The notes beneath the pieces are model-generated. The model did no database searches, was not told where the DNA came from, and worked only from the letters and a program-made list of their open reading frames with translations. From positions 5,208,001 through 5,272,000 of the forward strand of contig NC_073410.1 of NCBI RefSeq assembly GCF_028641065.1: 64,000 nt of DNA, given 5' to 3'. This DNA is from Leucoraja erinacea (lineage: Eukaryota). The stretch's first letter is position 1. Every line of letters starts with the position of its first letter. The translations under genes were made by a program, and so were the position numbers. Shown piece by piece: positions 40,774-53,549 of the stretch.

Positions 40774-40912
40774 TCTTCTTCCTGCGTATGGCGTGCACAG
40801 CCTAAAGTTGTCAGACAACTTGTTCTATTTGATCTTATTTCACTGTGCACGCCGGGTTGATTGCATTTGTCGAAACAGGGCGGACCACATGAAGGTTGCA
40901 ATCTCGCACCCC
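40774..40912 (-). mobile_element. ~140-nt non-autonomous retroposon with an HDV-like ribozyme head, 11-bp hairpin and (GAA)n tail
   Basis: TSD ACCCAGCTTCCT at 40762-40773 and 40913-40924; see finding. Confidence 0.75.
40859..40912 (-). ncRNA. Minimal HDV/CPEB3-like self-cleaving ribozyme fold (this copy slightly decayed)
   Basis: GGGGUGC-GA-GAUUGCA-ACC-UUCAUGU-GGU-CCGCCCU-GU-UUCGA-CAAA-UGCAAUC maps onto P1, P2, P3, L3, P1', reduced P4, J4/2 and P2'. Confidence 0.7.
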
Positions 40913-42781
40913 ACCCAGCTTCCTCGACAACACAGACTTTCCCAATGGTTCCAGTCTCTCAGGGATGAATCTTTGGCCTGGGAATGTCAACTCGAAGAAA
41001 AATAATCCAAGCGGAATGTTTTTGTTTCGATCACACCTTTCATAAGTTCAGGGTCTGCAATATCTATTGCCATGGTGCAGGAAGTGTCGCAACAAATCTG
41101 TGCATATCAAGATCTCGTGAACAATATCGTTGCTGGATGATGGGGTGAGAACATTGATTCATCTCTGCCTTCTTTGAGGCACGTGCACACGCACACAAGC
41201 ACACACACAAAATCTCAGACATATATTCTCTCAGACACAGACACACAATCTTCCACACAGTCTCGGTCAGACACACTCCACGACACAAACACACAAACAG
41301 TTGTAGACACGACCAAATTGAGACACAAACATAATATCTCAGATACCAATACACAGACGCTCAGAGATGTACACAATTATACATTCACCCAGTTGTAATC
41401 AGGCAATTGAACCATCCCACCACAACCAGAGAGCAGTCCTGAACTACTATCTACCTCATTGGTGACCCTCGGACTATCCTTGATCGGACTTTACTGGCTT
41501 TACCTTGCACTAAACGTTATTCGCTTATCATGTATATATACACTGTAAATGGCTCGATTGTAATCATGTATTGCCTTTCTGCTGACTGAAAAGCACGCAA
41601 CAAAAGCTTTTCACTGTACCTCGGTACACGTGACAATAAACTAAACGAAAAAAACCTCAGCCTCACATCTAATAGGGAATGCATCTTTTAGCTGAGAGTT
41701 GCATTTGTACCTGTCAATCAGCCAGTTCGGGTGACTGTCACTAATTGCCGTGGCCCAGATACAGATGGGCTTTGATTTGAGCAGGTGTGTCACTCCTCAT
41801 TATCCACCAGGATTCCACCTCCAGCTGCAACTTCATAAACAATTAATTGAAGGGCCGAAACGCAGAAGGAGGGCAAATGATCACTCTGCTGCTAATGTGA
41901 TGTTCATCTGGATTTTTGCCCTGTGTTGGAGAAAGTATAGAACCTCCCAGCCATGAAATAAAGGCTGCACCTTAAAGGTAACCTCTTTCTCCAGAGGACC
42001 AATATATTGTCGGCTGCAATCCCAACCCAGACATCCTCTGTCTTTAAAATACTCTCAAAGTGATTCAGTTCAGTTACTCGTAGCTTCACCTCTGAAATAA
42101 ACAGAGTGGTTTTCTTTTTCTTTAACTGTGTAAAAAACACTCACATGACCTGCATTTGATGATGCATTTGACATATATTTTCACAGCATTTCTAAATATC
42201 CTGCAGCACTTCTGTGCGCCTGCAGGTGGCGATGTCTAACCTAAAGCGATGATTGGGATGTTGTTGGCACATCCTCTCTCCAGCCTTGGCACCATCCTGT
42301 GAGAATTTCATGGCTCTTCCAGGATTTGAAGATTGATGCCTCAGGATTAATCCATAGGAAAAATAATGTTGAATTAAAATTTGTTTTGATTTCTTTTGGA
42401 TACTCTCATCCATTAGTGTTTGGATGAGATGTCTCCCCGACCCTCTGGATCAGATGTCTATCTGACCCTCTGGAGTAACTCAGTGGGTCAGTCAGCATGT
42501 CTTGAGAACATGGATGTGACATTCCAGGTTAGTATTTTAGTGGATCTGAAGAAGGGTCCCGGGGAGAAACATCACTTATCCATGTTCCCCAAAGATGCTG
42601 CCTCACCCGGTGAATTGCCTCAGTGTTTTTCATCTTTAATCAAAATAATTGGAGAGGCGAAGATGGTTCATCCATTCACACAGTTTTTTCCATCACATTG
42701 GAGTCTCTTCTTAATGCTTCTTCAAATGTGTTGGGATTCATGAACTGAGTAGATGGCAATCAGTAGGAGATTTAATCATGT

Positions 42782-43176
42782 GTTTAAGAGGGAACTGCAG
42801 ATGCTGGAGAATCGAAGGTACACAAAAAAGCTGGAGAAACTCAGCGGGTGCAGCAGCATCTATGGAGTGAAGGAAATAGGCAACGTTTCGGGCCGAAACC
42901 CTTCTTCAGACGGATAAATCCAGGTCTGGATCCAGATAAATTCAGTAAAGTCCGATCAAGGATAGTCCGAGGGTCACCAATGAGGTAGATAGTAGTTCAG
43001 GACTGCTCTCTGGTTGTGGTGAGATGGTTCAGTTGTCTGATTACAACTGGGTGAATGTATAATTGTGTACATCTCTGAGCGTCTGTGTATTGGTATCTGA
43101 GATACCAATACACTGAAGAAGGGTTTCGGCCCGAAACGTTGCCTATTTCCTTCGCTCCATAGATGCTGCTGCACCC
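42782..43176. mobile_element. Penelope-derived foldback carrying a captured local segment, 16-bp TSD (GGAGATTTAATCATGT)
   Basis: TSD at 42766-42781 and 43177-43192; spacer is the reverse complement of about 41336-41497. Confidence 0.8.
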
Positions 43177-43194
43177 GGAGATTTAATCATGTTT

Positions 43195-43838
43195 GACCCT
43201 TCGCGGAACAGCCCACCTGAACCTACCTGATCTCCCGGTTGCTGGACACTTTAATTCTCCTTCCCATTCCTACACAGACCTTTCTGTCCCAGTTCTCCTC
43301 CGTTGTCAGAGTCAGGCTAAATGCAAATTAGAGGAATATCATCTCATATTTGGGCAGCTTACAACCCAGATGTATGAACAGTGGCGGACTGGGTCTAAAA
43401 ATATTGGTTGCCAGGAGACAAAGGGGGCCCACCCACAACTACAATGCTATCATTTAACAGGGGCCCATTTGCCATCACTTGCTATCACTTCATCAGGGGC
43501 CCACTTGCCTTCTGGCAAGCTGACACCCTGTCCATTCCGCCACTGGGTATGAATATTAACTTCAGTTAGCCCCGGCATTCCCTCCCTCTCTCTCTATCCC
43601 TCGCCCACCCAAGTCGCACCAGTTTCTCATTTTCACCCTACACACAACTTTATCATTGTTACTTTTTTGCATATCTTTCATTCATTGTTCTTTATCTCTC
43701 CACACCAATGTCTATATCTCTCATTTCTCTTATCCCTAACCAGTTTGAAGAAGGGTCTCGACCCGAAACGTCACCCTTTCCTTCTCCAGAGATGCTGCCT
43801 GTCCCACTGAGTTACTCCAGCTTTTTGTGTCTATCTTT
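43195..43838 (+). mobile_element. Penelope-like element 3' end (GIY-YIG C-terminus plus pseudo-LTR)
   Basis: Translates to LNLPDLPVAGHFNSPSHSYTDLSV...KLEEYHLIF, then a pyrimidine-rich UTR and the GAAGAAGGGTCTCGACCCGAAACGTC motif. Confidence 0.8.
43379..43545. mobile_element. hAT-type MITE inserted in a Penelope fragment
   Basis: TIR CAGTGGCGGA / TCCGCCACTG; 8-bp TSD TGTATGAA / GGTATGAA (one mismatch). Confidence 0.8.
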
Positions 43839-45384
43839 GCCATCAGACCTCATAGGGTCCAGATTCAATATTGAGGAACCCTGTCTCTGGGACCACTATT
43901 TCATCACCTATGATTAGAGATCTAGATGGAAGAATGGAATGGTACATTGCCCAAAAGCTATGATTTGATATCAGGCAGTTCAGTATGATCACTGGCTGAG
44001 TCAGCTCTCCTAACTTGGCGGTAGACACAGAATTCTGGAGTAACTCAGCGGGAGAGGCAGCATCTCTGTAGAGCATTCGCGAGCATTGCCACTTTCATTT
44101 CACTGCACATCTCGTATGTGTAAGTGACAAATAAACTTGACTTGACTTGACTTGACTTGACAAGGAATGGGTGATGTTTCGGGTTGGGACTCTTTTTCAG
44201 ACTGATTGACATCATTTAGCAGAGTGAACAAGGCTGGACAATACTTTATCATGTCTGAATCAACGTCGGGTCCAGCTAGTTGTATTCTTCCAGTATGTTT
44301 GCATCATGTTTGGGTGCAACTGAATGAGATGACAGCCATTTCAGCGTTATTGTTATGGTTGGCATCATACAGAAGTCCTTCCCTTGAGGGCATTTATGGA
44401 ACTAAATTTATTTTTAAGTAGTTTTAAATTCACCCCTCCTGATTGCCGTCTTTATTTCAGAATAGTCTGCCCACTAAATTTAATCCAGGGTGGGATTTGA
44501 ACATCGTCAGATCATGACGTCAGGGTTCAGGGTTACTAAATAGTGAATTTATTCATTGAATTTACTAATTTCTCTACTGGGGTTAGGAGGGAGAGATAGA
44601 TCAGCCATGATTGAATAGACTTGATGGGCCGAATGGCCTAAATCTACTTCTATCACTCATGAACTTGATATGCCACCACCACATATTCTTGGTTTGCATT
44701 ATCTGTAATTTTTTTTGCTGAATTTTGCAGCCATATCATGATCTATTTTTGACACACCAACGGTTAAATTTCTCTTTTTATTTCACATTCCAGCATCCAA
44801 TAGATTGGGTTTTTTTTTAGCATTACTTTCATAGTTGGGTGAGGAGAACATTGCACGGTATTGATTCACACTACATGCTCAATTCTGATCCATGTAATAC
44901 ACAGAACAGTAATTGCCTTGCACAAACTTACAATCATTCTGTTGAATGGGGACTTGTCGAATCTCATTTGTGCCACTTCTATTTTTAAAAATGTTGCTGC
45001 AGGCAAATCTTCCAAGGAGAAGGTGAACACTTTGAATGCAAAAGCATTTTTTCAATGGCATTAAACCTGCTGCAATATCCGGTGGTAACTCAGATGGAGG
45101 ACATCTAAGTATTAGTCCCTATGATGATCCTAGCAGGGCTGTTAACATTGAGCAATAAAACGACAATGTTGCATAAAACCTTTATAAACAACTGATTAGA
45201 AACCAGTTAGAGCTTAGCCTATAATATGGGATGTTACACCATTGGAATGGACATCAAAAACTTTGCAGTGGCCTAGTTATGAAGATAGGTCATTGGAATA
45301 AGGGACTTGTTTGTCATGGGGATGACCTTATTATCAATTCCAATGCCAGCATCCACTGTCCATCCCAGGGTGGGATTTGAACAT

Positions 45385-45690
45385 CTTCAGATCATGCTGC
45401 CTATCTAGCAGCCTTGATCCACTGCAGTTTGCCTTCCAGCACAACAGGTGCATGGCTGATGCCATCATCCTGGCTCTTCACTCATCCCTGGAACACTTGG
45501 ATAGGAAGGACATCCGCGTCAGACCAGACATGGATGCTGCCTCTGCTTTCGATACCATGATCCCAACTAAGCTCATCTCCAAACTCATGAAACCTTGAGT
45601 CAGGACACCGCTCTGCAAATGGATCCTCAACTTCCTGACCAGCAGACCACAATCGGTGAGGATAGGTGACAAATCATCATCTGCACACAT
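45385..45690 (+). mobile_element. Rex-Babar-like LINE RT fragment
   Basis: LDPLQFAFQHNR...DAIILALHSSLEHLD...SAFDTMIPTKLISKL. Confidence 0.75.
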
Positions 45691-48125
45691 GACGTTAATA
45701 AACTAAACTATTTATCCCTAAACTGTGGAGGCAATTAAGAGTTAATCATGTTGGTGGGTCCAGAGTCAGAACCAAAGGCCAAACCTGGTAAGGAAACCAT
45801 AGGATGCTGGAATTCTAAAATAAAATGTTGGATACACTCAGCAGGTCAGACAGCATCCATGGAGATAACAGCTCATGGATCTGAAACATTAACTACGTTC
45901 CTCTTCCCACAGATGCTGGCCGACCTGTTCTGTATTCTCGACATTTTTTTCCTTTATTATCAGACAGGGGAACTATATTTCCTTACTCGCAGCAAAACAA
46001 GACACAAAATGTTGGAGTAACTCAGCTGGTCAGGCAGCATCTATGGAGAACATGATTAGATAATGTATTGAGTCAGGACCTTGAAGGGTCCTGAACTGAA
46101 ATGTCACCTATCCATGTTCTCCAGAGATGCTGGCTGACAGATAGGCACTAACCCAAAACACTATTTATCCATGTTTTCCAGAGATGTTGCCCGACCAGCA
46201 GAGTTACTCTAGCCCTCTATATCTTTTTTTTTGTTAATCAGTATCTGCAGTTCCTTGTGTCTACATTTCCCTTCCTTGTATCTTGATGTAACAGATATAT
46301 TTTATGGCAATCCAGTATTTGCATGGATACCATTCCTGACTTTATACATTACTTCATTGTAAAGTTCCTAGGTGCCATGATGGGATTCAAACTCATGTCT
46401 ATAGATGAATGGTCCAGATCTTTGGCTGTTGCCCAGTAACTTAATAAATATATTGCTGTATTTTTAATCTATGTTGAGAGAATAAAGAAGCAGGTTTGAG
46501 ATAAACTAGAGTGAAGATTTGATTGAAAGATTCAAAATTTTAACAACTTTTGATAGCTAAATGAAACAACTGTTAATTCTGACACATCACAGGCACAATC
46601 CTTCCCTGCAGGGTAACAGGGAAGTATTTGGGAGGTAGGAAGGTAATTCCAAATGGATGGAATAATCACAATGATAGATAGAAAACGCTGGAGTAATTCA
46701 GCGGGACAGGCAGCATTTCTGGATTGAAGGAATGGGTAACGTTTCGGGTCGAGACCCTTCTTCAGCCTGAATGGGTGACGTTTGTCCCGAAACATCACCC
46801 ATTCCTTCTATCCAGAGATGCTGCCTGTCCCGCTGAGTTACTCCAGCATTTACTGCCTATTTAAACCAGCACCTGCAGTTCCTTCCGACATGAATAATCA
46901 CGATGTCTGTGTTGTGATATCCTCTGATTCCTTCTTTAAACAGTTGTGGCAATTCCACTAATTGGGGCACTGTTAGAGTATTGAAAAGAGTTGAGTTAAG
47001 ATAGTCATTATCCAAACTGTTTCAGCATAGGATGTACATGGCCAATCAGCACCACATTACAATTATATTAACTATAATAGCAATGCTTTGAAATATGATT
47101 TTAATGGGGATCTGTCATGATAGCAGCCATTAGCATAATAAAGTTAAGAATTCCATTTCAAGTAGATAATAACTTCAGTGCAAAAGCCTTCTAGCTGTGG
47201 GACCCAGAGGAATCTTATGTTTAGTCAGTTGCTTCAATTACCTCCTGTTAATCATATGAGAGGATGTTGTATCAGATTATATTGCCATTCAGGGTCCTTG
47301 CTTTCCACATCTATCAAAGTTAAGTCAATAAATCTATCTGATGTTCTCACCCAACAGATCATCAGTAATAAATCCAGGTCCTCAGCCAGGGATTTTTTCC
47401 CCCAAGTAAGATGGCAGTTAGATTTTCTCTGTTTTGTTTTTTTTTTATCACAAGACGCTAATTCTCTGAGCAATCGGCTGAAACATCTCTGATTTATAAA
47501 TCTTCTTTTGTATTCTTTTTGATTGTCAAATAATACACCTCCGCCAGGTAGCTTCAATTATGATACAACAACATTAGTTACGGTATTTATTGCATGCCAG
47601 TGTCTAACTTAAGCAATAATCTTAACTGAATCAAAACTGTTTCCAAATGTTGCCATTGTCTACTCTCAATCAAAATCTTAACAATTATTTCTATTATATT
47701 GAATTGCTTTGAATGTCATTTCCAATAAGACTAATAACTTGCATCCCAATAGATGAAATACTTATGATAGACACAAAATGCTGGAGTAACTCAGCGGGAC
47801 AGGCAGCATCTCTGGAGAGAAGGAATAGGCGACGTTTTGGGTTGAGACACTTCTTCAGCCTGAATACTTTATGCTCATTGTGCAGATTCCTCAATGGTCC
47901 TTTCATCCACATTATATCAACCAAAGAGTTAAGGGAGTGATACAGCATGGAAATGGGCCCTTTGGCCCACCAAGTACATGCTAGCACCAATTGACACTAA
48001 TCTTATCCGAATACCATTTTATTCTCACCACGTTTTCATCAGCCACCTGCAGATTATCGCACTCACCTACACACAAAGACCAATTGGTCCTAACTCACCA
48101 ACCTAATCATCTCTGGGATATGACA

Positions 48126-48330
48126 AATGCTGGAATATCGAAGGTAGACAAAAGTGCTGGAGAAACTCAGCGGGTGCAGCAGCATCTATGGAGCGAAGGA
48201 AATAGGCAACGTTTTGGGCCGAAACCCTTCTTCATACTGAAGTGAAGGGTTTTGGCTCGAAACGTTGGCTATTTCCTTCGCTCCATAGATGCTGCTGCAC
48301 CCGCTGAGTTTCTCCAGCATTTTTCTCTAC
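48126..48330. mobile_element. Penelope-derived foldback with an 18-bp TSD (CATCTCTGGGATATGACA)
   Basis: Direct repeat at 48108-48125 and 48331-48348; inserted in a SINE remnant. Confidence 0.8.
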
Positions 48331-51300
48331 CATCTCTGGGATATGACAGGAAGCCAGAACACCTGGAGGAAACCCTATTTGATCATCTCCAAATTATGAA
48401 TATCTGACATTTGGTACTTCCAGTCAAATCACTGATGTAAATTATAAATATTGGGGCCCCAAGTACCAAACAGTATGTGTAGGAAGGAACTGCAGATGCT
48501 GGTTTACACTGAAGATAAACACAAAATGCTGGAGTAACTCAGCAGGACCGGCAGCATCTCTGGAGAGGAATGGGTGACGTTTTGGGCTGAAGTGTCACCC
48601 ATTCCTTCTATCCAGAGATGCTGCCGGTCCCCGCTGAGTTTCTCCAGCATTTGTCTGCCTTCAGTATGATACCCTATTTGTGATTAGTGAACTAGCCTGC
48701 CAACATGAAAAATATTTAATTCGTCACTATCTTGCTTTCCAGGTGTTGATCAGTTCTACATCTATGATTGTTAATTTCACCCATTTCCACCCATCTACCT
48801 TTGTCCAAACTCTCGCATGGACTTTTATCAAAAGCCTTCTGAAAATCTAAATACTCTACATTCGTTGGTTCTCCTGAACGAGTGTAGTCCCATCTTATAG
48901 TGTGTCTGAGGAGTACCTTATGTGATGTTAAAAATGTTGAAGCAATGCAAAGTATTCTTGCTTTTTTCAACGTGCAGGTATCTGTCTTGCTTTGTGATTT
49001 AACATATCTGGAACCAAGAACAAACCATTTGATCTAGGTTTCCCACAGCTAGTTCTTTCAGTGCCAGATCTGCAGTAACAAATTCTTTGGAACTTTTACA
49101 TCTATGCATAAATGGAACCTTATGAGTTTTTTTGATTTCTGTTCTACAGATGTGAGATTTATATATTCACTAAAGGGCAACTTTCGATCGATTCAGTAAC
49201 ACAGTGCCCAAGTTTGTCAAAAATAATTCAGTGCTATTTGTAACTGGCAGGCAATTAAGCTAAATTGAAGTCATATAATGCCACAGATGTGATGTGAAAT
49301 TGCTCTGTAACACCAGAGAAACCAAGGCAATCTAAAGAAAATTGGTAGTCTTTGCATTCTATGAAATTCAAATGGATTGTGACAAACTACATAAATGAGG
49401 GACTGTCACAACTCCCTTCCAGGTTCTTTCAATCTCTGCCTTTGATGTATAGTAAAATTGAGCAATGTAATATCTGGCAGTCCAGAAACAAACATTACAA
49501 CAGATACAGAGGCTATTTGACCCAGTGCTTGATAAAGCCCTGCAATCAATTCCTTTCTCTCTGCTCCTTCCTTGCATCTCAAGGAGCAGGATGAAAGCAG
49601 CCAGCACAATTGAGGACTCATTTTCACCCCTGTCTTTATCTCTTCTCCCCTCCCCCGCAAGCAGAAGATACAAAAGCGTGAAAACATACACCGCAGATTC
49701 TGAAACAGCTGTTATCAGATTACTTAAAGAACCTCCTATAACCTGGATATAGTCCTGATCTTCCAACCTACCTCATTGCAGAACAACCATTTTTTTTAAC
49801 TGCGCTTTCTCAGTACCTGCAATGCTATTAGTCTGTAACACCTTTTTCTGCATACGGGTATTTTTCTGTGCCCTATTCGTATATGACTTGATTGTAGCCA
49901 AGTATAGTATTATTTTATTGGCTAGCATACACACAAAGCTTTTCACGGTATCTGAGTTTAGAAGAATGAGAGGCGATCTTACTGAAAATATAAGGTTCAG
50001 ATAATGGTTGATAGCATTTTTGAGAGGATTTTTTTCCCCTAGTTGGGATATCCAGGACTGGTGGGCATATGGCCAAAATATGACATTTCTTATTTCAGAT
50101 GAAGATGAGGAAGTATTTTAATTTCTGTGATGCTCATGAATATTTGGATCTCTCGACCCTAGAGAGCAGTGAAGACATCGTCATTGATGGTGTTCAGGGT
50201 GTATTGTCAAACATTTAACTTGCAAGGAGTCAAGATGAACGGAGAGAGTGGGAAAGTGGCATTGTTGAAATTAGATTGGTTGTGATCTTATTGAGGGCTC
50301 AATTAGATTAGTTTTTCCTCCTGTATCTCATGTTACTGTGAGGAGAAACTTATCATTAAAGGGTCTTTGTATATTTGAATGGCATTTGAACGATACAGCT
50401 TGAAAGCCTACCGAATCCATACTGGCTTCCGATCACCCATTCACACTAGTTCTATGTTATCCCAATTTCACATCCACTCCCTACATACTAGAGGCAATAT
50501 ACAGAGGCCAATTCACTTACAAACTTGCACTTCTTTTGAATGTGGGAGGGGGAAAGCTAACGCTTCTGGAGGAAACCCATGTGGTCACAGGCCGAACATG
50601 CAAACTCCACACAGACGGCGTCCGAGGACAAGATGGAACCTGGATCTCTGGTGCTGTGAGGCAGCAGAGGATATGAAGCTCTTTAATCTGTTCACCCCAC
50701 AGCATTGAAGATGCTCAGCCATTGAAAGACATAATTGGAAACAAAATAAATCAAGGGAAATGGAATTGGCTGAAGTACAGAATCAGCCATGACCGTATTG
50801 GATAGCATAACAATCTCCAGCAGACCGCTTCTATTTTGCAATTTCTTAAGCAAAAAATAACCAAAACTGATTTCTGAAAGGTGAACAATCTTACAACACC
50901 AGTGACTTGAGTAGAGTGTAGAATGATCTGAGTTGGTAACAGCAAGGACTTCACTTTGTTCCAAGTCCTTTATTGAGCGCGTGTTGCTTCGTCCTGCCCA
51001 AAGTGTTCCAGTTACCATAGCAGCCAACCTCCCTTGCATAACCAAATGGAGATGAAATGTGACTATGGCAACAGTTTCAGTTTTTGCTTCAGCACCAGAT
51101 TTTCACCACTCACAGCATAGTGCTTTCTCCTTTGTTATTATGTTTTAATTATTATTTGGATATGTTCCTTCATCCACACGACGCATTGAACATAGAACGT
51201 AGAAAATGGAAAAGTACAACACAGGAAAAGGCGCATCATCCCACAATGTTTGTGCTGAACATGATGCCAGGAAAACCTAATCTCCTCAGCCTGCTCATGA

Positions 51301-51390
51301 TCCTTCCCTCCATTTTTGCATAACCTTGGGCGTTTTTAAAAGCATCTTAAATGCCACTATCCATATCTGCCTCCATCATTAACTCTATTT

Positions 51391-52463
51391 GTAGTGTGTG
51401 TGTGTAGTGTGTGTGTAGTGTGTGTGTGTATCGTGTGTGTATAGTGTGTGTGTGTGTATAGCGTGTGTGTATAGTGTATGTGTATGTGTAGTGTGTGTGT
51501 AGTGTGTGTGTAGTGTGTGTATAGTGTGTGTGTATAGTGTGTGTGTAGAGTGTGTGTGTATAGTGTGGGTGTGTAGCGTGTGTGGATAGTGTGGGTGTGT
51601 AGTGTGTNNNNNNNNNNNNNNNNNNNNNNNNNNNNNNNNNNNNNNNNNNNNNNNNNNNNNNNNNNNNNNNNNNNNNNNNNNNNNNNNNNNNNNNNNNNNN
51701 NNNNNNNNNNNNNNNNNNNNNNNNNNNNNNNNNNNNNNNNNNNNNNNNNNNNNNNNNNNNNNNNNNNNNNNNNNNNNNNNNNNNNNNNNNNNNNNNNNNN
51801 NNNNNNNNNNNNNNNNNNNNNNNNNNNNNNNNNNNNNNNNNNNNNNNNNNNNNNNNNNNNNNNNNNNNNNNNNNNNNNNNNNNNNNNNNNNNNNNNNNNN
51901 NNNNNNNNNTAGTGTATGTGTATAGTGTGTGTGTAGTGTGTGTGTGTGTGTGTGTAGTGTGTGTATAGTGTGTGTGTGTGTAGTGTGTGTGTAGAGTGTG
52001 TGTGTATAGTGTGGGTGTGTAGCGTGTGTGGATAGTGTGGGTGTGTAGTGTGTGTGTNNNNNNNNNNNNNNNNNNNNNNNNNNNNNNNNNNNNNNNNNNN
52101 NNNNNNNNNNNNNNNNNNNNNNNNNNNNNNNNNNNNNNNNNNNNNNNNNNNNNNNNNNNNNNNNNNNNNNNNNNNNNNNNNNNNNNNNNNNNNNNNNNNN
52201 NNNNNNNNNNNNNNNNNNNNNNNNNNNNNNNNNNNNNNNNNNNNNNNNNNNNNNNNNNNNNNNNNNNNNNNNNNNNNNGCGTGTGTGGATAGTGTGTGTG
52301 TAAAGTGTGGGTGTGTAGCGTGTGTGGATAGTGTGTGTGTAAAGTGTGGGTGTGTAGCGTGTGTGTAAAGTGTGGGTGTGTAGCGTGTGTGGATAGTGTG
52401 GGTGTGTAGTGTGTGTATAGTGTGTGTATAGTGTGTGTATAGTGTGTGTGTATAGTGTGTGTG
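51391..52463. repeat. (TG)n/TAGTGTG satellite spanning assembly gaps 51608-51909 and 52058-52278
   Basis: Direct inspection; embedded in a minus-strand CR1 fragment (about 51190-53040). Confidence 0.9.
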
Positions 52464-53549
52464 AATAAAGATAACGCCCTGCACATCTCCTTTAAAGCTT
52501 GCCCTCTAAAGTTTGTTCCATTAAAGTATGCCCTCTAGTCTTTGACATGGGCCGGGGAAAAAAGCTTCTGACTGTCCAGCCTATCTATGTTTCTCATAAT
52601 TGTATATACGTCCATTGGACCTTCTCTCAACCTCCAGCATTCCTGAGGAAACAATTCAAGTTTGTCCACCATTTCCTTGCAGCTAATGAAGATAGACACA
52701 AAAGGCTGAAGTACATAACGCAGCGGGACAGGCAGCATCTCTGGAGAGAAGGAATGGGTGATGTTTCGGGTCGAGACCCTTCTTCAGACCTGAAGAAGAA
52801 ACTTGACCATTCTGACTGGAGTCTAACGAAGGGACTCGACCCGAAAAGTCACCCATTCCTTCTCTTCAGAGATGCTACCTGTCCCGGTGAGTTACTCCAG
52901 CTTTTTGTGTCTTTCTGGTTAAACCAGCATCTGCAGTTCCTTCCTACACATTCCTGTGGCTAATACCTTCTAATCCAGGTGACATCCTGATAAACCACTT
53001 CTGCATTCTCCAAAGGCTTCACATCCTTCCTGTAATGGCATGCATAACTCATATTTGCCCGCCCACAATCTTAGGAATTCATTGAAGGCGTGATGAAGAG
53101 ATGTTCATATTCTATCCAGATTGTACCCATGAAACAAAATGTTTCCTCAAACTGTGTCTTTAAACCTGTTGCAGCAGTGAAACCGTCCAACTTCAGAAAG
53201 GTGTTAAAGATGGGAATAAGGCACAAAATTGTCAAAACTGTTTAAGCTGAGAAAATTGCTGATAAGACTGCTTAAATGCATTCAGCCACTGCCTTATCAG
53301 TAGCATCGTGGAGAGCTTCTCACACATTTAATACCTTTCTGGTATAGTGACAAGCAGAGTCAGCAGTCATTTTCTGCATAAGATTGCCAATGATATGTTC
53401 TATTTATTGAATACGAATATATAAGACACTTCTTTTCTGGAATGTAGTCGAGTTAGATAAGATCATATTGAACCATAGAAAATTCTTAAGGAGCTGATCG
53501 GGAGGTTGCTGGAAGAACATTTCCACAACCTTGGCCAGACTAGAACAAT

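Noticed and set aside
51347-52486. 375-379 aa His/Thr-rich ORFs
   Set aside because: These are translations of TG satellite and N gaps.
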